A stretch of DNA of 64,000 nt from a virus (taxonomy: Duplodnaviria > Caudoviricetes), in IMG/VR virus record IMGVR_UViG_3300037067_019204, positions 97,312 to 161,311 of that record. One strand, written 5' to 3'. Below, piece by piece: positions 21,267-30,849 of the stretch. The translations under genes and the position numbers were made by a program. The notes beneath the pieces are model-generated. The model was not told where the DNA came from and did not search any database. It worked only from the letters and a program-made list of their open reading frames with translations. The first letter of the stretch is position 1. Each line of letters begins with the position of its first letter.

Positions 21267-22016
21267 TTAAATGGTAAGAGAAAGAGGCTGACTTGGCGTT
21301 TTTTGGTTAAGAGATTGACTTTGTGAACTAATTGATTTGCTCACAAATTCTGCTAACCTTGCCAGTTTCTTATCTGTTGCTTCATCAATATTTATAAATT
21401 GAGTAAATCCTGCCTCTTGTTTGAATTTATCCAGATAATCTATAACAACAGGATTACTGACATTCATTCCAATTAGCACAGAAACAAGAGATTGAACAAC
21501 CTCATCTTTCACTGCTTTTTGTAGAGATTCTCCAACCTTGTCCCTTCCATATGTTGAATCATTATTTACTCCATCTGTTAAAACAAATAGGATTGCATTA
21601 ACATCAAAATCCTTATCTGTCAATGTTTTTCCATATGCAAGAGTTGCTTCTATGGCATTATATGAAGCATCATATAAGGCTGTATTACCACCACAGTGCA
21701 GTATCCCTTTGTAATCATTTGGATTACAATTGGCCAATAGCTTATACCCATGTACTTCTTCTTCTTTGCTATTGAAGGTAAGAAGTCTTATAAGAAGGTT
21801 ATCTGGGCGTGGGCTATGCTTGCAAGCCCCTATAATTTCTTGAATACATTTTTCAAGATTGTCTTTGTACCCAGCTACACTACCACTTACATCTGTTACA
21901 ATAGTAACAAGGGTATATTCTGTAGCCTCCAAGTTTTCAAGTCGTACTGCTGAGTACTGAAAACTTGTTCCTTGAATTTTATTAACCTCTAAAGAATCAT
22001 CATTTAGTTGTGGCAT
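21267..22016 (-). CDS. vWA-domain protein (TerY-like)
   Basis: MIDAS DVSGS, GGNTALYDA, VLTDG. Confidence 0.88.
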   Translation of the reverse strand: MPQLNDDSLEVNKIQGTSFQYSAVRLENLEATEYTLVTIVTDVSGSVAGYKDNLEKCIQEIIGACKHSPRPDNLLIRLLTFNSKEEEVHGYKLLANCNPNDYKGILHCGGNTALYDASYNAIEATLAYGKTLTDKDFDVNAILFVLTDGVNNDSTYGRDKVGESLQKAVKDEVVQSLVSVLIGMNVSNPVVIDYLDKFKQEAGFTQFINIDEATDKKLARLAEFVSKSISSQSQSLNQKTPSQPLSLTI

Positions 22017-22034
22017 ATTTTTCTCCTTAATTTT

Positions 22035-22847
22035 TTATTTCAGAAAATCAACTGTGGTTGAAACAGTCATTCCTTTTGAAACCATGCTTTTATAAAATTC
22101 TTCCGATTCCGGTTTTGAAGGAAGAACACAACTCATAGCATCTTCCAAAAGCACAATTTTTTTAACATAGCTGTCGTCTTTAAATTCAGACACAAGGTCT
22201 CTCAGTGTGTTAAACACACAGAAATCCTTTGCTTCCCCAGCAACAGCAATCACATCTGCTTTTTCCAGTGTTTCAATCAATCTTGTGTTAACCTGTGTGC
22301 ATGGGTCTGTTGGGTCAACAACATCTGCTCGAATGACACTGTAGTGTTCAGTGTAAGGATTACTGCCTTTTGTAACATAGTCCACCATTTTAAATGATGC
22401 TTCCCAATCCAGAAGCGCATCATATACTGCCGGATAAATACCATGACCTTGACTTCCTATAAGGCAATGGGGTGGCCAGATGCAAAGGGGGTATCGTCCG
22501 TTTTTATCAAGTGTCCTCACATATTCAAGACTTCTCTTGTAAAGAGAGGGAAGAGAGCTTGTCCATACCCCATTTTCCACATCCTTTACTGTAATGGTGG
22601 TAAAAGGTGTTGGGTGAGCACCAGATGAATCTTTCCAAAAGATTGGATGTGCAATATCCACAAAATGATGGGTATCAAGTGTTGCATGAATATCATTTAT
22701 CTTTGGATAAATTCTCCTGATCATTTTTGATAACCTTTCCATATCTGACTCAGCCCCAGTTACATAAAGGCTACCGGGGTATTTAGAGTTTGGGGGATTA
22801 CAAAAATCCTGTTGGCAATCAATCAAAAGCAAATCAACTTTAATCAT
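22035..22847 (-). CDS. pncA: Nicotinamidase / isochorismatase family
   Basis: LLIDCQQDFC, DTH, WPPHC, KG, AGEAKDFCV. Confidence 0.85.
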   Translation of the reverse strand: MIKVDLLLIDCQQDFCNPPNSKYPGSLYVTGAESDMERLSKMIRRIYPKINDIHATLDTHHFVDIAHPIFWKDSSGAHPTPFTTITVKDVENGVWTSSLPSLYKRSLEYVRTLDKNGRYPLCIWPPHCLIGSQGHGIYPAVYDALLDWEASFKMVDYVTKGSNPYTEHYSVIRADVVDPTDPCTQVNTRLIETLEKADVIAVAGEAKDFCVFNTLRDLVSEFKDDSYVKKIVLLEDAMSCVLPSKPESEEFYKSMVSKGMTVSTTVDFLK

Positions 22848-22863
22848 ATACGTTTCCTCCGTT

Positions 22864-23082
22864 TTATTTTATTTCTGGTAAATAACAAGAACATTTATCT
22901 AAGTCTAATCGAGTTAAACTTCTTATATGACCTTTTAAAATATGATTAGGATCATTAACACTAGTAATAATACATGCTATGCGACTATTTGGGTGGTGTC
23001 TTCCAAAGAAGGATGAATCTGAAGTATGCCTTGTACTATAGGGACACCACGGTGTGCAACTAACAAATTGTATTATCTTCAT
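22864..23082 (-). CDS. Small Cys-rich 'KII-CxxxC' family protein
   Basis: MKIIQFVSCTPWCPY. Confidence 0.7.
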   Translation of the reverse strand: MKIIQFVSCTPWCPYSTRHTSDSSFFGRHHPNSRIACIITSVNDPNHILKGHIRSLTRLDLDKCSCYLPEIK

Positions 23083-23395
23083 TTAAAATTCCTTATAATC
23101 ATAATATACACCACAATTGGGACAAACTGGTTCACATGGAACATAAGTATGACAAAACTTACACCATCGTCCGTGTTCAGGAGAAGCATAATAAGTCATA
23201 GTCTGTCTAACTAATTTTTCTTTTTCAGCATCACTTATTGCATTTGGATTAGGCACTAATACTTTCTTTCTTTTGCTCTTTGAAAATATAGATTTAACCC
23301 AGACTGTGATAGCAGATACTATGATAATTATTGTTGTAAAGTTTATTAATTTTTTTAAAAGACCATCTTCTTTTTGCATATTTTACCTTTAAAGA

Positions 23396-23602
23396 TTAAT
23401 CATATTTTAAAACTTTTAAATGACATTTTTTAGTAAACATTGTGTGTTTCCAGTAATCATTATGGGGATATAAATTACACACATCACAATTAGAAATAGA
23501 AAAAGCTACACCGTGTGCATATAGTTGTATATCTGATGTAGCAACACTTAAAAAAGGACACCAAGAAGGACACTTATCTTCTATTTTTATTATTTTACTC
23601 AT
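23396..23602 (-). CDS. Small Cys-rich 'KII-CxxxC' family protein
   Basis: MSKIIKIEDKCPSWCPF. Confidence 0.75.
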   Translation of the reverse strand: MSKIIKIEDKCPSWCPFLSVATSDIQLYAHGVAFSISNCDVCNLYPHNDYWKHTMFTKKCHLKVLKYD

Positions 23603-23622
23603 TTATTTATACTATTTTGGAT

Positions 23623-23835
23623 TTAAAAATCCTCTAACTTTTTTAATACACATTTACGACTATATAAACAAATTTCAAACCAATCATATTGGTCTTTTGT
23701 ATAAAGAAAATTACCAACAGAATGACAATGTAGTGAACCCCCACTTCCATTAAGCATACTATATCTATGCAGATTATGATGCATTTCTTGACACCACGGA
23801 GGACATCTATTTTCTATTCTTATTATCTTGCTCAT
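23623..23835 (-). CDS. Small Cys-rich 'KII-CxxxC' family protein
   Basis: MSKIIRIENRCPPWC. Confidence 0.75.
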   Translation of the reverse strand: MSKIIRIENRCPPWCQEMHHNLHRYSMLNGSGGSLHCHSVGNFLYTKDQYDWFEICLYSRKCVLKKLEDF

Positions 23836-23838
23836 TTG

Positions 23839-24039
23839 TTATTTAAATATACAACCTCTTGTTGCAAATGCCCTATCAAACCAATTATAACCATCATCTA
23901 TATAGAGAAGCCAGTTAATCTTATTACAGCATAGTGTTCCTCCTGCTGGATTATTTATTGTATTCTCAGAATGATCTAAATGACCTTTAAGTATACACCA
24001 AGGAGGACACTTTTCTTTTATTTTTATTATTTTACTCAT
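23839..24039 (-). CDS. Small Cys-rich 'KII-CxxxC' family protein
   Basis: MSKIIKIKEKCPPWC. Confidence 0.75.
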   Translation of the reverse strand: MSKIIKIKEKCPPWCILKGHLDHSENTINNPAGGTLCCNKINWLLYIDDGYNWFDRAFATRGCIFK

Positions 24040-24257
24040 TTGTTTTTTTTGGTTTGTTGTTTAAATACACACTCTTTGTCTGAAAATGATCTTATAAACC
24101 AATCCTCATAATCATCTATATAAAGATTAATTCCGGTTAAGTCACAACACAATGATCCTCCTGCTGGGTTATCTCTTATTTCTCTAAAATGATTTCGATG
24201 GCCTCTGAATTTACACCACGCAGGACAAATAATATCCGTCTTTATTATCTTACTCAT
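24036..24257 (-). CDS. Small Cys-rich 'KII-CxxxC' family protein
   Basis: MSKIIKTDIICPAWC. Confidence 0.75.
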   Translation of the reverse strand: MSKIIKTDIICPAWCKFRGHRNHFREIRDNPAGGSLCCDLTGINLYIDDYEDWFIRSFSDKECVFKQQTKKNK

Positions 24258-24465
24258 TTATATACCCAAAGACACAATTGGGGCGAGTAAATGAAGTTTC
24301 AAACCAATCACCCTCTTGACAATTTTTATATAAATATAAACTTGTTTTATTACATATCAATGAACCTTCAACAGGGTTTTCTGGTATACGTAAATCATGC
24401 CCCTCATGACTTTTATATACACACCATGCTGGGCAGATAGTGGTTGCTTTTATTATTTTACCCAT
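24250..24465 (-). CDS. Small Cys-rich 'KII-CxxxC' family protein
   Basis: MGKIIKATTICPAWC. Confidence 0.75.
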   Translation of the reverse strand: MGKIIKATTICPAWCVYKSHEGHDLRIPENPVEGSLICNKTSLYLYKNCQEGDWFETSFTRPNCVFGYINE

Positions 24466-24473
24466 GCTTTATT

Positions 24474-24713
24474 TCACACTTCATATATTCTACAAGTCCT
24501 ATCTGTATCACTTACATTATGTTGTATTTTATAACACTCCTTGTAAGAATCCTTTAACCAAAAAGGACTAAATAATATTAAACCTGTTTTCTCACAACAC
24601 ATATTCACATTATCAACATGGTTCTCACATGAATATCGTTGTGCTCTATAATGGCCCACACGTCTGTATGGGCATAATGGAGTACATTCTGTCAAAACTA
24701 TTATTTTACTCAT
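24474..24713 (-). CDS. Small Cys-rich 'KII-CxxxC' family protein
   Basis: MSKIIVLTECTPLCPY. Confidence 0.75.
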   Translation of the reverse strand: MSKIIVLTECTPLCPYRRVGHYRAQRYSCENHVDNVNMCCEKTGLILFSPFWLKDSYKECYKIQHNVSDTDRTCRIYEV

Positions 24714-24931
24714 TTTTTTATATAAATATTCCTCTCACTAAAAATACAGGACTCATCTTTAAATGAAATTGTAAACCAATTACTTCTTCCTTCTACATAT
24801 AAATAATAACCTGTTTTATTACAATGAATAGAACCCCCCACCACACTTTCTATAATATTATTATTATGACTATTATGGCTTCTTCTTTTGCACCATGCGG
24901 GGCATTCTTGTACTTGTATTATCTTTGACAT
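24710..24931 (-). CDS. Small Cys-rich 'KII-CxxxC' family protein
   Basis: MSKIIQVQECPAWC. Confidence 0.75.
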   Translation of the reverse strand: MSKIIQVQECPAWCKRRSHNSHNNNIIESVVGGSIHCNKTGYYLYVEGRSNWFTISFKDESCIFSERNIYIKK

Positions 24932-25408
24932 TTAGCATCCAATAATCTCAGCAATGAACCATATTGCAAGAGCAGTACATAAAAGCTTACCTATTATTAG
25001 ACCAATCCAATATGCTCCCACAAAGGTGGTAGTATTACGTGAAAATTTGTATATTGTATCATTAACTTGTTTATCGTGTTCTTGTTTAGCTTGTTTGTAT
25101 GATCCAGCAACTCCATATTTGCAGACTACATTGGCATAATAAGAATTAATTTTATTCTTATCCATTTTTTTTGCCTTTATCTTTGGAAATAGAAATATCT
25201 TGTACTCGTTCGTTTAAATAACGTGTTATTCTTTTTTGTAGAACTTTTTTATAAAAGTTAGTTATTATTAAAGCTCTTGCCTCTCCTCTAAAATATAACC
25301 CAGAATTTGTATGTCCTTCATATGTTATAAGATAACCAATATCAATTATTGATATTGTATCACGTAAATAGTAAAATAGCTGTCTTATTAATGTTTTCAT
25401 ACGATTCA

Positions 25409-25436
25409 TATCGGCATATCCTTTGTTAATCTTTAG
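25409..25436 (-). promoter_or_regulatory. Sigma28-type promoter
   Basis: CTAAAG...TGCCGATAT. Confidence 0.7.
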
Positions 25437-25609
25437 TAATTTTTTTAAAAAAATGAAAAATTTATTATAATAAAATTTATATTAAAATTTTACTTGACAC
25501 TTTTATACCTATATGATTATATTACTTTTGTAGAGTATATAACCGTATATAATAACCTCCTATTTAAAAGCTTAGGCTAAGACCGGACCCCCTTGAAAAA
25601 GGGGGTTTC

Positions 25610-26023
25610 TCATTCTAAATTCCCCCTTTTTGGAAATCCTTTTTTGATCATGTCTTTAAGAGCATCAAAAGTATACCATTCCGTATAATGTATAGTTTTA
25701 TTTTTATTGGTAAATTGAATTCCAATATACAAAATTTCATGCTTTAACTTCCAAGTAAAAAAAACATCACCTGTGGTACTCATATCAGGATATTCGCCAT
25801 AGAGTATAGTTTTATCATTATTATTTCTAAAAGTATAACCCACCATACCATAAAGATCATGTACAAGTTTATTTTCATAGAACACAAATCCAAAATCACT
25901 GTAAACAACATAGTGTTCACATGAAGCTAAATAGTATTTCCCGTTTTCATATTTTATCTTTTGTGGAGTTGAACACTGACAAAATATAACTAAAAATGCT
26001 AATATAAATATTAATTTTTTCAT
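25610..26023 (-). CDS. Putative lipoprotein
   Basis: MKKLIFILAFLVIFCQC signal peptide with Cys. Confidence 0.6.
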   Translation of the reverse strand: MKKLIFILAFLVIFCQCSTPQKIKYENGKYYLASCEHYVVYSDFGFVFYENKLVHDLYGMVGYTFRNNNDKTILYGEYPDMSTTGDVFFTWKLKHEILYIGIQFTNKNKTIHYTEWYTFDALKDMIKKGFPKRGNLE

Positions 26024-26836
26024 ACTACCTCCGCTTCATCAAACGAAACATTATCTTTTATTTGTTCCACCACAAAAGGTTCGCCACCTCCCTCTGTTTT
26101 GCTTTTTTTTCTCTTCATTATTTTACCACATAATGAACAAATAACTTCATCTGGTCTTTCCCCATCTGTTTCCACTGTGGTTACAAAACCGCACACACAA
26201 TGAAATTCATACCCCATCCTTGTTGATTTCAATTGAATCTCCTTTTTTATGAAGTACTACAACGTCTTTCTCTCAGTTTAGTAAGAGAAATATAATAAGA
26301 ATATGTTTTATTTTTTTCTTTTCCGCAAACAGGACAGTCGTATACAGCAAATACTGTGTGAACAATAATTCTAGGTAAGATACCGTGACGGCTATCGTTT
26401 GTGCAAAAATTAGTACGACCCCAAGTATTAGCAGAAGTTAGTCTATCTGGATTAAATCTATTAATATCACCCTGAGTTTCTCCTGATGCAAATCCACAAT
26501 TTCTGCATACCATTACACCCTTTTTTGGGATATAAAAAGTACTTTTTATTCTTAATATAATTTTTTGTATTAATGATAATTCATAATAGTTCATATGTTT
26601 ATTATTCCCATCCCTTTATTTCCCAATGCTCTGGTCCAATACAATATGTTCCCCACCTACGTCCATATGATCTTCCTTTATTGGTTGAAATAAACATACG
26701 CAAATCTATTACGGATTCTATATCTTTTCTATATTCTTTTGTCTGAATATTATAGCATTCTGTATATAATAAAGTACCTTCTCGGAAAAAATGGTCGCTC
26801 GCTGAGAAATTATATCCTATATTTATAGGCATTTAT

Positions 26837-27271
26837 TTATACCAGCATAACAACATATTTAAAGATAAGATATAACGTAACAAGATGTATTGTGTTGTCT
26901 GCAACAGTATGAACTATAGCAGTATAACAAATATATGCAATACTATATATATCTTTTGATTCATCATAATCGGTCATTGCTTTTGACCAGTTTCTTCCGT
27001 TTATAAAGTAAAACCAATTTTCTACTACTGTTGTGCCATCAATTATAAAATGGGTCAGGAGTATAAGACTTAGTACTATCCACTTTTGCCCTGTCCCAAG
27101 ATTATTTAATTCAGGCATTGTGCTGATATAAACTGCAAGTGTATAAATAAAGCAATGAATAAAACACCGGAAACCTTTTTCTTTTTTGTTTAATGCCATC
27201 CAATCATTTTGGAGAAAATAATCCCCAATCAAATGGCCCATAAGAAGCCTAAAAAAGAATTCTGTTGTCAT
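26837..27271 (-). CDS. DUF3307 family membrane protein
   Basis: GHLIGDYFLQ, H..IY, THFIID, DNTIH. Confidence 0.8.
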   Translation of the reverse strand: MTTEFFFRLLMGHLIGDYFLQNDWMALNKKEKGFRCFIHCFIYTLAVYISTMPELNNLGTGQKWIVLSLILLTHFIIDGTTVVENWFYFINGRNWSKAMTDYDESKDIYSIAYICYTAIVHTVADNTIHLVTLYLIFKYVVMLV

Positions 27272-27392
27272 ATTATCTCCCCTTTATTAAAAGAAATATA
27301 CAAATTATTGTACCTATTATGGAACCTACAATTAATATTGCAAACCCCACTGAACCTATTATGTTTAATATTGAATATATCATAATACCTTT

Positions 27393-27704
27393 TTATGATG
27401 GCATATGGAATAAATGCACTACTACAATAGCAAAAAAAATTGAGAATAGTATTGAACAAATTATTCCAATACAAGGATAAAGAGCATCACTTTCTTTTAA
27501 CCTAATATAATTTCTCTTTATCTTTTCTTTAACTGTTTCCTTAATTATTTTTAAAGGACAATCTATTGGAAAATTACCAATTTTAGTACCAAACATACCT
27601 GAATGTCTTCTACAAAAAATACTATATCCTTCGATTGTGTGGTAGACACCACAACAGTGGGGACAAAATATTTCACATTGATGTAGTCTATATATTTTCG
27701 TCAT
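27393..27704 (-). CDS. 'KII-CxxxC' family protein with C-terminal TM helix
   Basis: MTKIYRLHQCEIFCPHC...FPIDCPLK plus hydrophobic tail. Confidence 0.65.
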   Translation of the reverse strand: MTKIYRLHQCEIFCPHCCGVYHTIEGYSIFCRRHSGMFGTKIGNFPIDCPLKIIKETVKEKIKRNYIRLKESDALYPCIGIICSILFSIFFAIVVVHLFHMPS

Positions 27705-27897
27705 ACTTACTTTTCTTTGTGCTTTCATCTTTTAATGGACAAAATCTGGGAAACACGCCTGCTTTTGTAGTAAGATGAATATGAATAAGCTCATATGTTG
27801 CCCGACAACCTTTTTCTTCATTTCTTTGAGTACCCCACGCTTTTTCAAAATATGGGCAATGTGGTCCACAATTTTTTATTTTTAAAATTTTTGACAT
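27688..27897 (-). CDS. Small Cys-rich 'KII-CxxxC' family protein
   Basis: MSKILKIKNCGPHCPY...FPRFCPLK. Confidence 0.75.
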   Translation of the reverse strand: MSKILKIKNCGPHCPYFEKAWGTQRNEEKGCRATYELIHIHLTTKAGVFPRFCPLKDESTKKSKYDENI

Positions 27898-27901
27898 TAT
27901 A

Positions 27902-28183
27902 CTAATCCATTACTTTCAAAGGGCAATCGTTTGGAAAAACACTACCACTGCCCGTAATATGTATATAATCACGCATAAGCCTACATGAGTATGGTGGGAA
28001 AGTTATTAATCCCATAGAACGATAGTGGGATGAATACGATCTTTTAAAATTAGGGCAAGAAGGATCACACTTGTTAATTCTTAATATTTTTGTATAAGGT
28101 TTAGCTTCTGTTACTCTAATAGATGTATATTCATCCCACGTATAACCATATTTTTCATTCGTAGCATACCAAGACATAGCCAA
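27902..28183 (-). CDS. 'KII-CxxxC' family protein with N-terminal extension
   Basis: TKILRINKCDPSCPNF...FPNDCPLK. Confidence 0.7.
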   Translation of the reverse strand: MAMSWYATNEKYGYTWDEYTSIRVTEAKPYTKILRINKCDPSCPNFKRSYSSHYRSMGLITFPPYSCRLMRDYIHITGSGSVFPNDCPLKVMD

Positions 28184-28195
28184 TATGTTACTTAC

Positions 28196-28435
28196 TTATA
28201 TCCCGCGCTCTGTCACAGGACGTTCAGTTGGTTTATCTTTTTCCTTTTTAAGGCTTTCACTGTCTTCCAGTGGACACCAATTGGGGAAATTTTTAACCAT
28301 AGTTGCGGTTGCTATAACCTTATTTTCTTCGGGGGCAGAAGGATGGTCACAATAAGCACCTTCGTCTACACAGCAACCTTCCTGAAAGAAGGGGCAATTA
28401 TTATCACAACGAGAAAGTTCAAGTATTCTTACCAT
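28196..28435 (-). CDS. Small Cys-rich 'KII-CxxxC' family protein
   Basis: MVRILELSRCDNNCPFF...FPNWCPLE. Confidence 0.7.
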   Translation of the reverse strand: MVRILELSRCDNNCPFFQEGCCVDEGAYCDHPSAPEENKVIATATMVKNFPNWCPLEDSESLKKEKDKPTERPVTERGI

Positions 28436-28467
28436 AGTAGTTCTCCTTTTACTTTATTTGTTATATT

Positions 28468-28495
28468 TATCGACATTTTTTCCTAAAAACTTTAA
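28468..28495 (-). promoter_or_regulatory. Sigma28-type promoter
   Basis: TAAAGTTT...TGTCGATAA. Confidence 0.65.
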
Positions 28496-28505
28496 TACTT
28501 TTTAT

Positions 28506-29243
28506 TTATATATTCTTTTTTCTTACTTTATAGTTTTTAACTATATAGTCAGATATTGCGTTTTCATACTTTTTACGAGTTAAGGTTCTCATGCCGGGAG
28601 CCGAATTGACCTCAAATATGCACAATGCCCCATTTGCACAAACACCCACATCTACTGCCCCAAAAACAAGACCCAGACATTGAACTGATTTGACAATGGT
28701 TCTGCATTGAGCCGCAGTAAATGTTTTTTTGACAGGCATTTCCATATATTTGTAATTGGAAAGATTTTTTATCCAGCTTTCTCTGTGGCCGGGACGAAGT
28801 GTTTTTTTATCTACATGAAATATACTGTCACCAATTACATGACACCTGTATTCGTCTTCGCATTCCACAAATTCTTCAAAGTATTGCTCTTTATTAGGAG
28901 CAATTCGGCATTCTTTTTCAAGAAGTTGCATTCCCTCTCCTCTTGAATGTCTTACACGTTTAACTACTTGTGGGTAAGACGGAAAAAGTTCCATTGAAAA
29001 ATCAGGTGACGGTATTTTGCTTTTTTTAAATATTGTTTTCATTGTCAGTTTGTTATGACAATTTGATATTCCTTTATTGGTATTAAAGGATATGTCTGTT
29101 GTTTTTTCAGGAGCTTCACCAAAATACACATTCACTCTTTTAGAAAAAGAAGAGAAGTGAAAATTTTGGTGAGACTCATGGTGACTATGTACCATAAGGC
29201 GGTGGAATGTTATCGGGGTTTTGGGTTTCGCTTTTTTTTCCAT
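28506..29243 (-). CDS. ATP-grasp (RimK-like) peptide ligase
   Basis: NKLTM, H.RGEG, EYRCHV, WIKN, GLVFGAVD, FEVNSAPG. Confidence 0.85.
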   Translation of the reverse strand: MEKKAKPKTPITFHRLMVHSHHESHQNFHFSSFSKRVNVYFGEAPEKTTDISFNTNKGISNCHNKLTMKTIFKKSKIPSPDFSMELFPSYPQVVKRVRHSRGEGMQLLEKECRIAPNKEQYFEEFVECEDEYRCHVIGDSIFHVDKKTLRPGHRESWIKNLSNYKYMEMPVKKTFTAAQCRTIVKSVQCLGLVFGAVDVGVCANGALCIFEVNSAPGMRTLTRKKYENAISDYIVKNYKVRKKNI

Positions 29244-29707
29244 TTGTTTATCCTTTACATATAAAATAAATACAGACTGCCCAAATTATTATTAGTAATA
29301 AAGCTCTGGGTAGAGTGTGTATAAGATTTATTACTCCATCTACTATCCCAGAAAACACAGCATCTTTTTTTGATATTAAAAGCAGAGTACTATCTTCATT
29401 CGTCTTTTTTAAAGATGTTCTTTTGTATTTCATTTAATTTTTCCTGCACAAGAATCCTTACTGGTGTAGTATACTTTCTAAAAACTCCCTTTACCTTTTC
29501 TGATTCTGTGCCTTGCCAACTTTGCATATTTTTATATGCAATAAGTAATTGTTTTTTTATTTCTTTATCGCCCCCTATAATATCAGCAAGGAGAAGAGTC
29601 GAACCATCCAGAGCAAGCTGTACTGCAAGATGATCACACTCTTTTCTGGCAATAGATATTGCCCATTTCAAGTCCTTTTCGTTTAGTATCATATGTACCT
29701 TCCTGTA

Positions 29708-30070
29708 TCATACAGCCCCTCTTGTTTGTTTTTGTTGATATTCTTTTTTTATTATAGTTAATACCTCTTTCCATTTTTTGTTAAATTCTTCATCGTGCTT
29801 CCCCGGATATACCTTATGTTTCAATAATATATGAGCCGTCTCATGTGCTAAAGCGTTTTGAACCATGAAAAGAGATTTAATTTCATACGCATTCAAAAGA
29901 AAGTTTGCACTTTTTTTATTGTAAACACAAGCTGACATGCTTACTTCATCAGGAGAAGTGCTAGTAAAAGAATGTGTAGTAAGAGTAATATCTATTTTTC
30001 TTTTACATAGTCTTTCCAGAATGATTTGGAGTCTATGCCATTTTATTTTAATAGGTGCTTGTTCATTCAT
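29708..30070 (-). CDS. Small HExxH metallopeptidase-like protein
   Basis: LAHETAH...HDEEF. Confidence 0.6.
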   Translation of the reverse strand: MNEQAPIKIKWHRLQIILERLCKRKIDITLTTHSFTSTSPDEVSMSACVYNKKSANFLLNAYEIKSLFMVQNALAHETAHILLKHKVYPGKHDEEFNKKWKEVLTIIKKEYQQKQTRGAV

Positions 30071-30825
30071 ATCAAGCTATCCTTTGATCTTCCCCCCCAG
30101 CGATTGGTTATAGGAATAACCGCAGAACCACCCCCGCTACTTCCTCTTGCTGTTACAGGTAGGTCTGCTTTTTCTGATTCTTCCTTTTTGTAATCACTTC
30201 CATAATTGCACCCATAATCAGAATCATAGTCATAATATTTGTATGATCTGCCATACCCATATTTTTTATAACTGTTATTTGAAAAGAGGATGCCGTCACA
30301 TACTTCAAAGTCCTTCGGAGACCTTACCCAGACTTTATCAGGAGAAAAAATTATGAACTTTCCTGAAAGCTTTGTGAGAACCTTTAGCCCCAGTTGTGAC
30401 ACAAGCATTGCCGCCATTCGGGAATCACTCATTTCTCCTTCAGGGAAAAACTTGTTGGCTATAAAGAAGGGCATTTCATAGTCTTCCCAACGTGTAATAC
30501 ATCCATTATGGAATAGAACTGAAGACCTCCCACTATAAGAAAGTTTAAGGGGGCTTTTGGTTGAAACAAGAAATGGGTGTGTAAGTTCCTGAGTTTTCCC
30601 ACCCGCTGTTCCTATACGGAAGTGAACAACATGCAGATGACCTTCCAACTTAAGCTTTTGATATGTATCCCATGCTGTCTCAACTTTCATTAAACCTTTT
30701 ATGTAATGAAGATTACCGGATTTCTGGTACGCAATTCCTACCCCATCACGGTTTCTGTCAAAACAATTTTCGAATTCGTCTTTTGTAAGACACCTTCCTG
30801 TTTGGCTATATGCAATCACACACAT
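30067..30825 (-). CDS. Class II (Ntn) glutamine amidotransferase
   Basis: N-terminal MC, NRDGVG, HFRIGT, HPF, FHNG, SDSR. Confidence 0.85.
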   Translation of the reverse strand: MCVIAYSQTGRCLTKDEFENCFDRNRDGVGIAYQKSGNLHYIKGLMKVETAWDTYQKLKLEGHLHVVHFRIGTAGGKTQELTHPFLVSTKSPLKLSYSGRSSVLFHNGCITRWEDYEMPFFIANKFFPEGEMSDSRMAAMLVSQLGLKVLTKLSGKFIIFSPDKVWVRSPKDFEVCDGILFSNNSYKKYGYGRSYKYYDYDSDYGCNYGSDYKKEESEKADLPVTARGSSGGGSAVIPITNRWGGRSKDSLI

Positions 30826-30849
30826 AATATTATCCTCCGTTATTTTATA

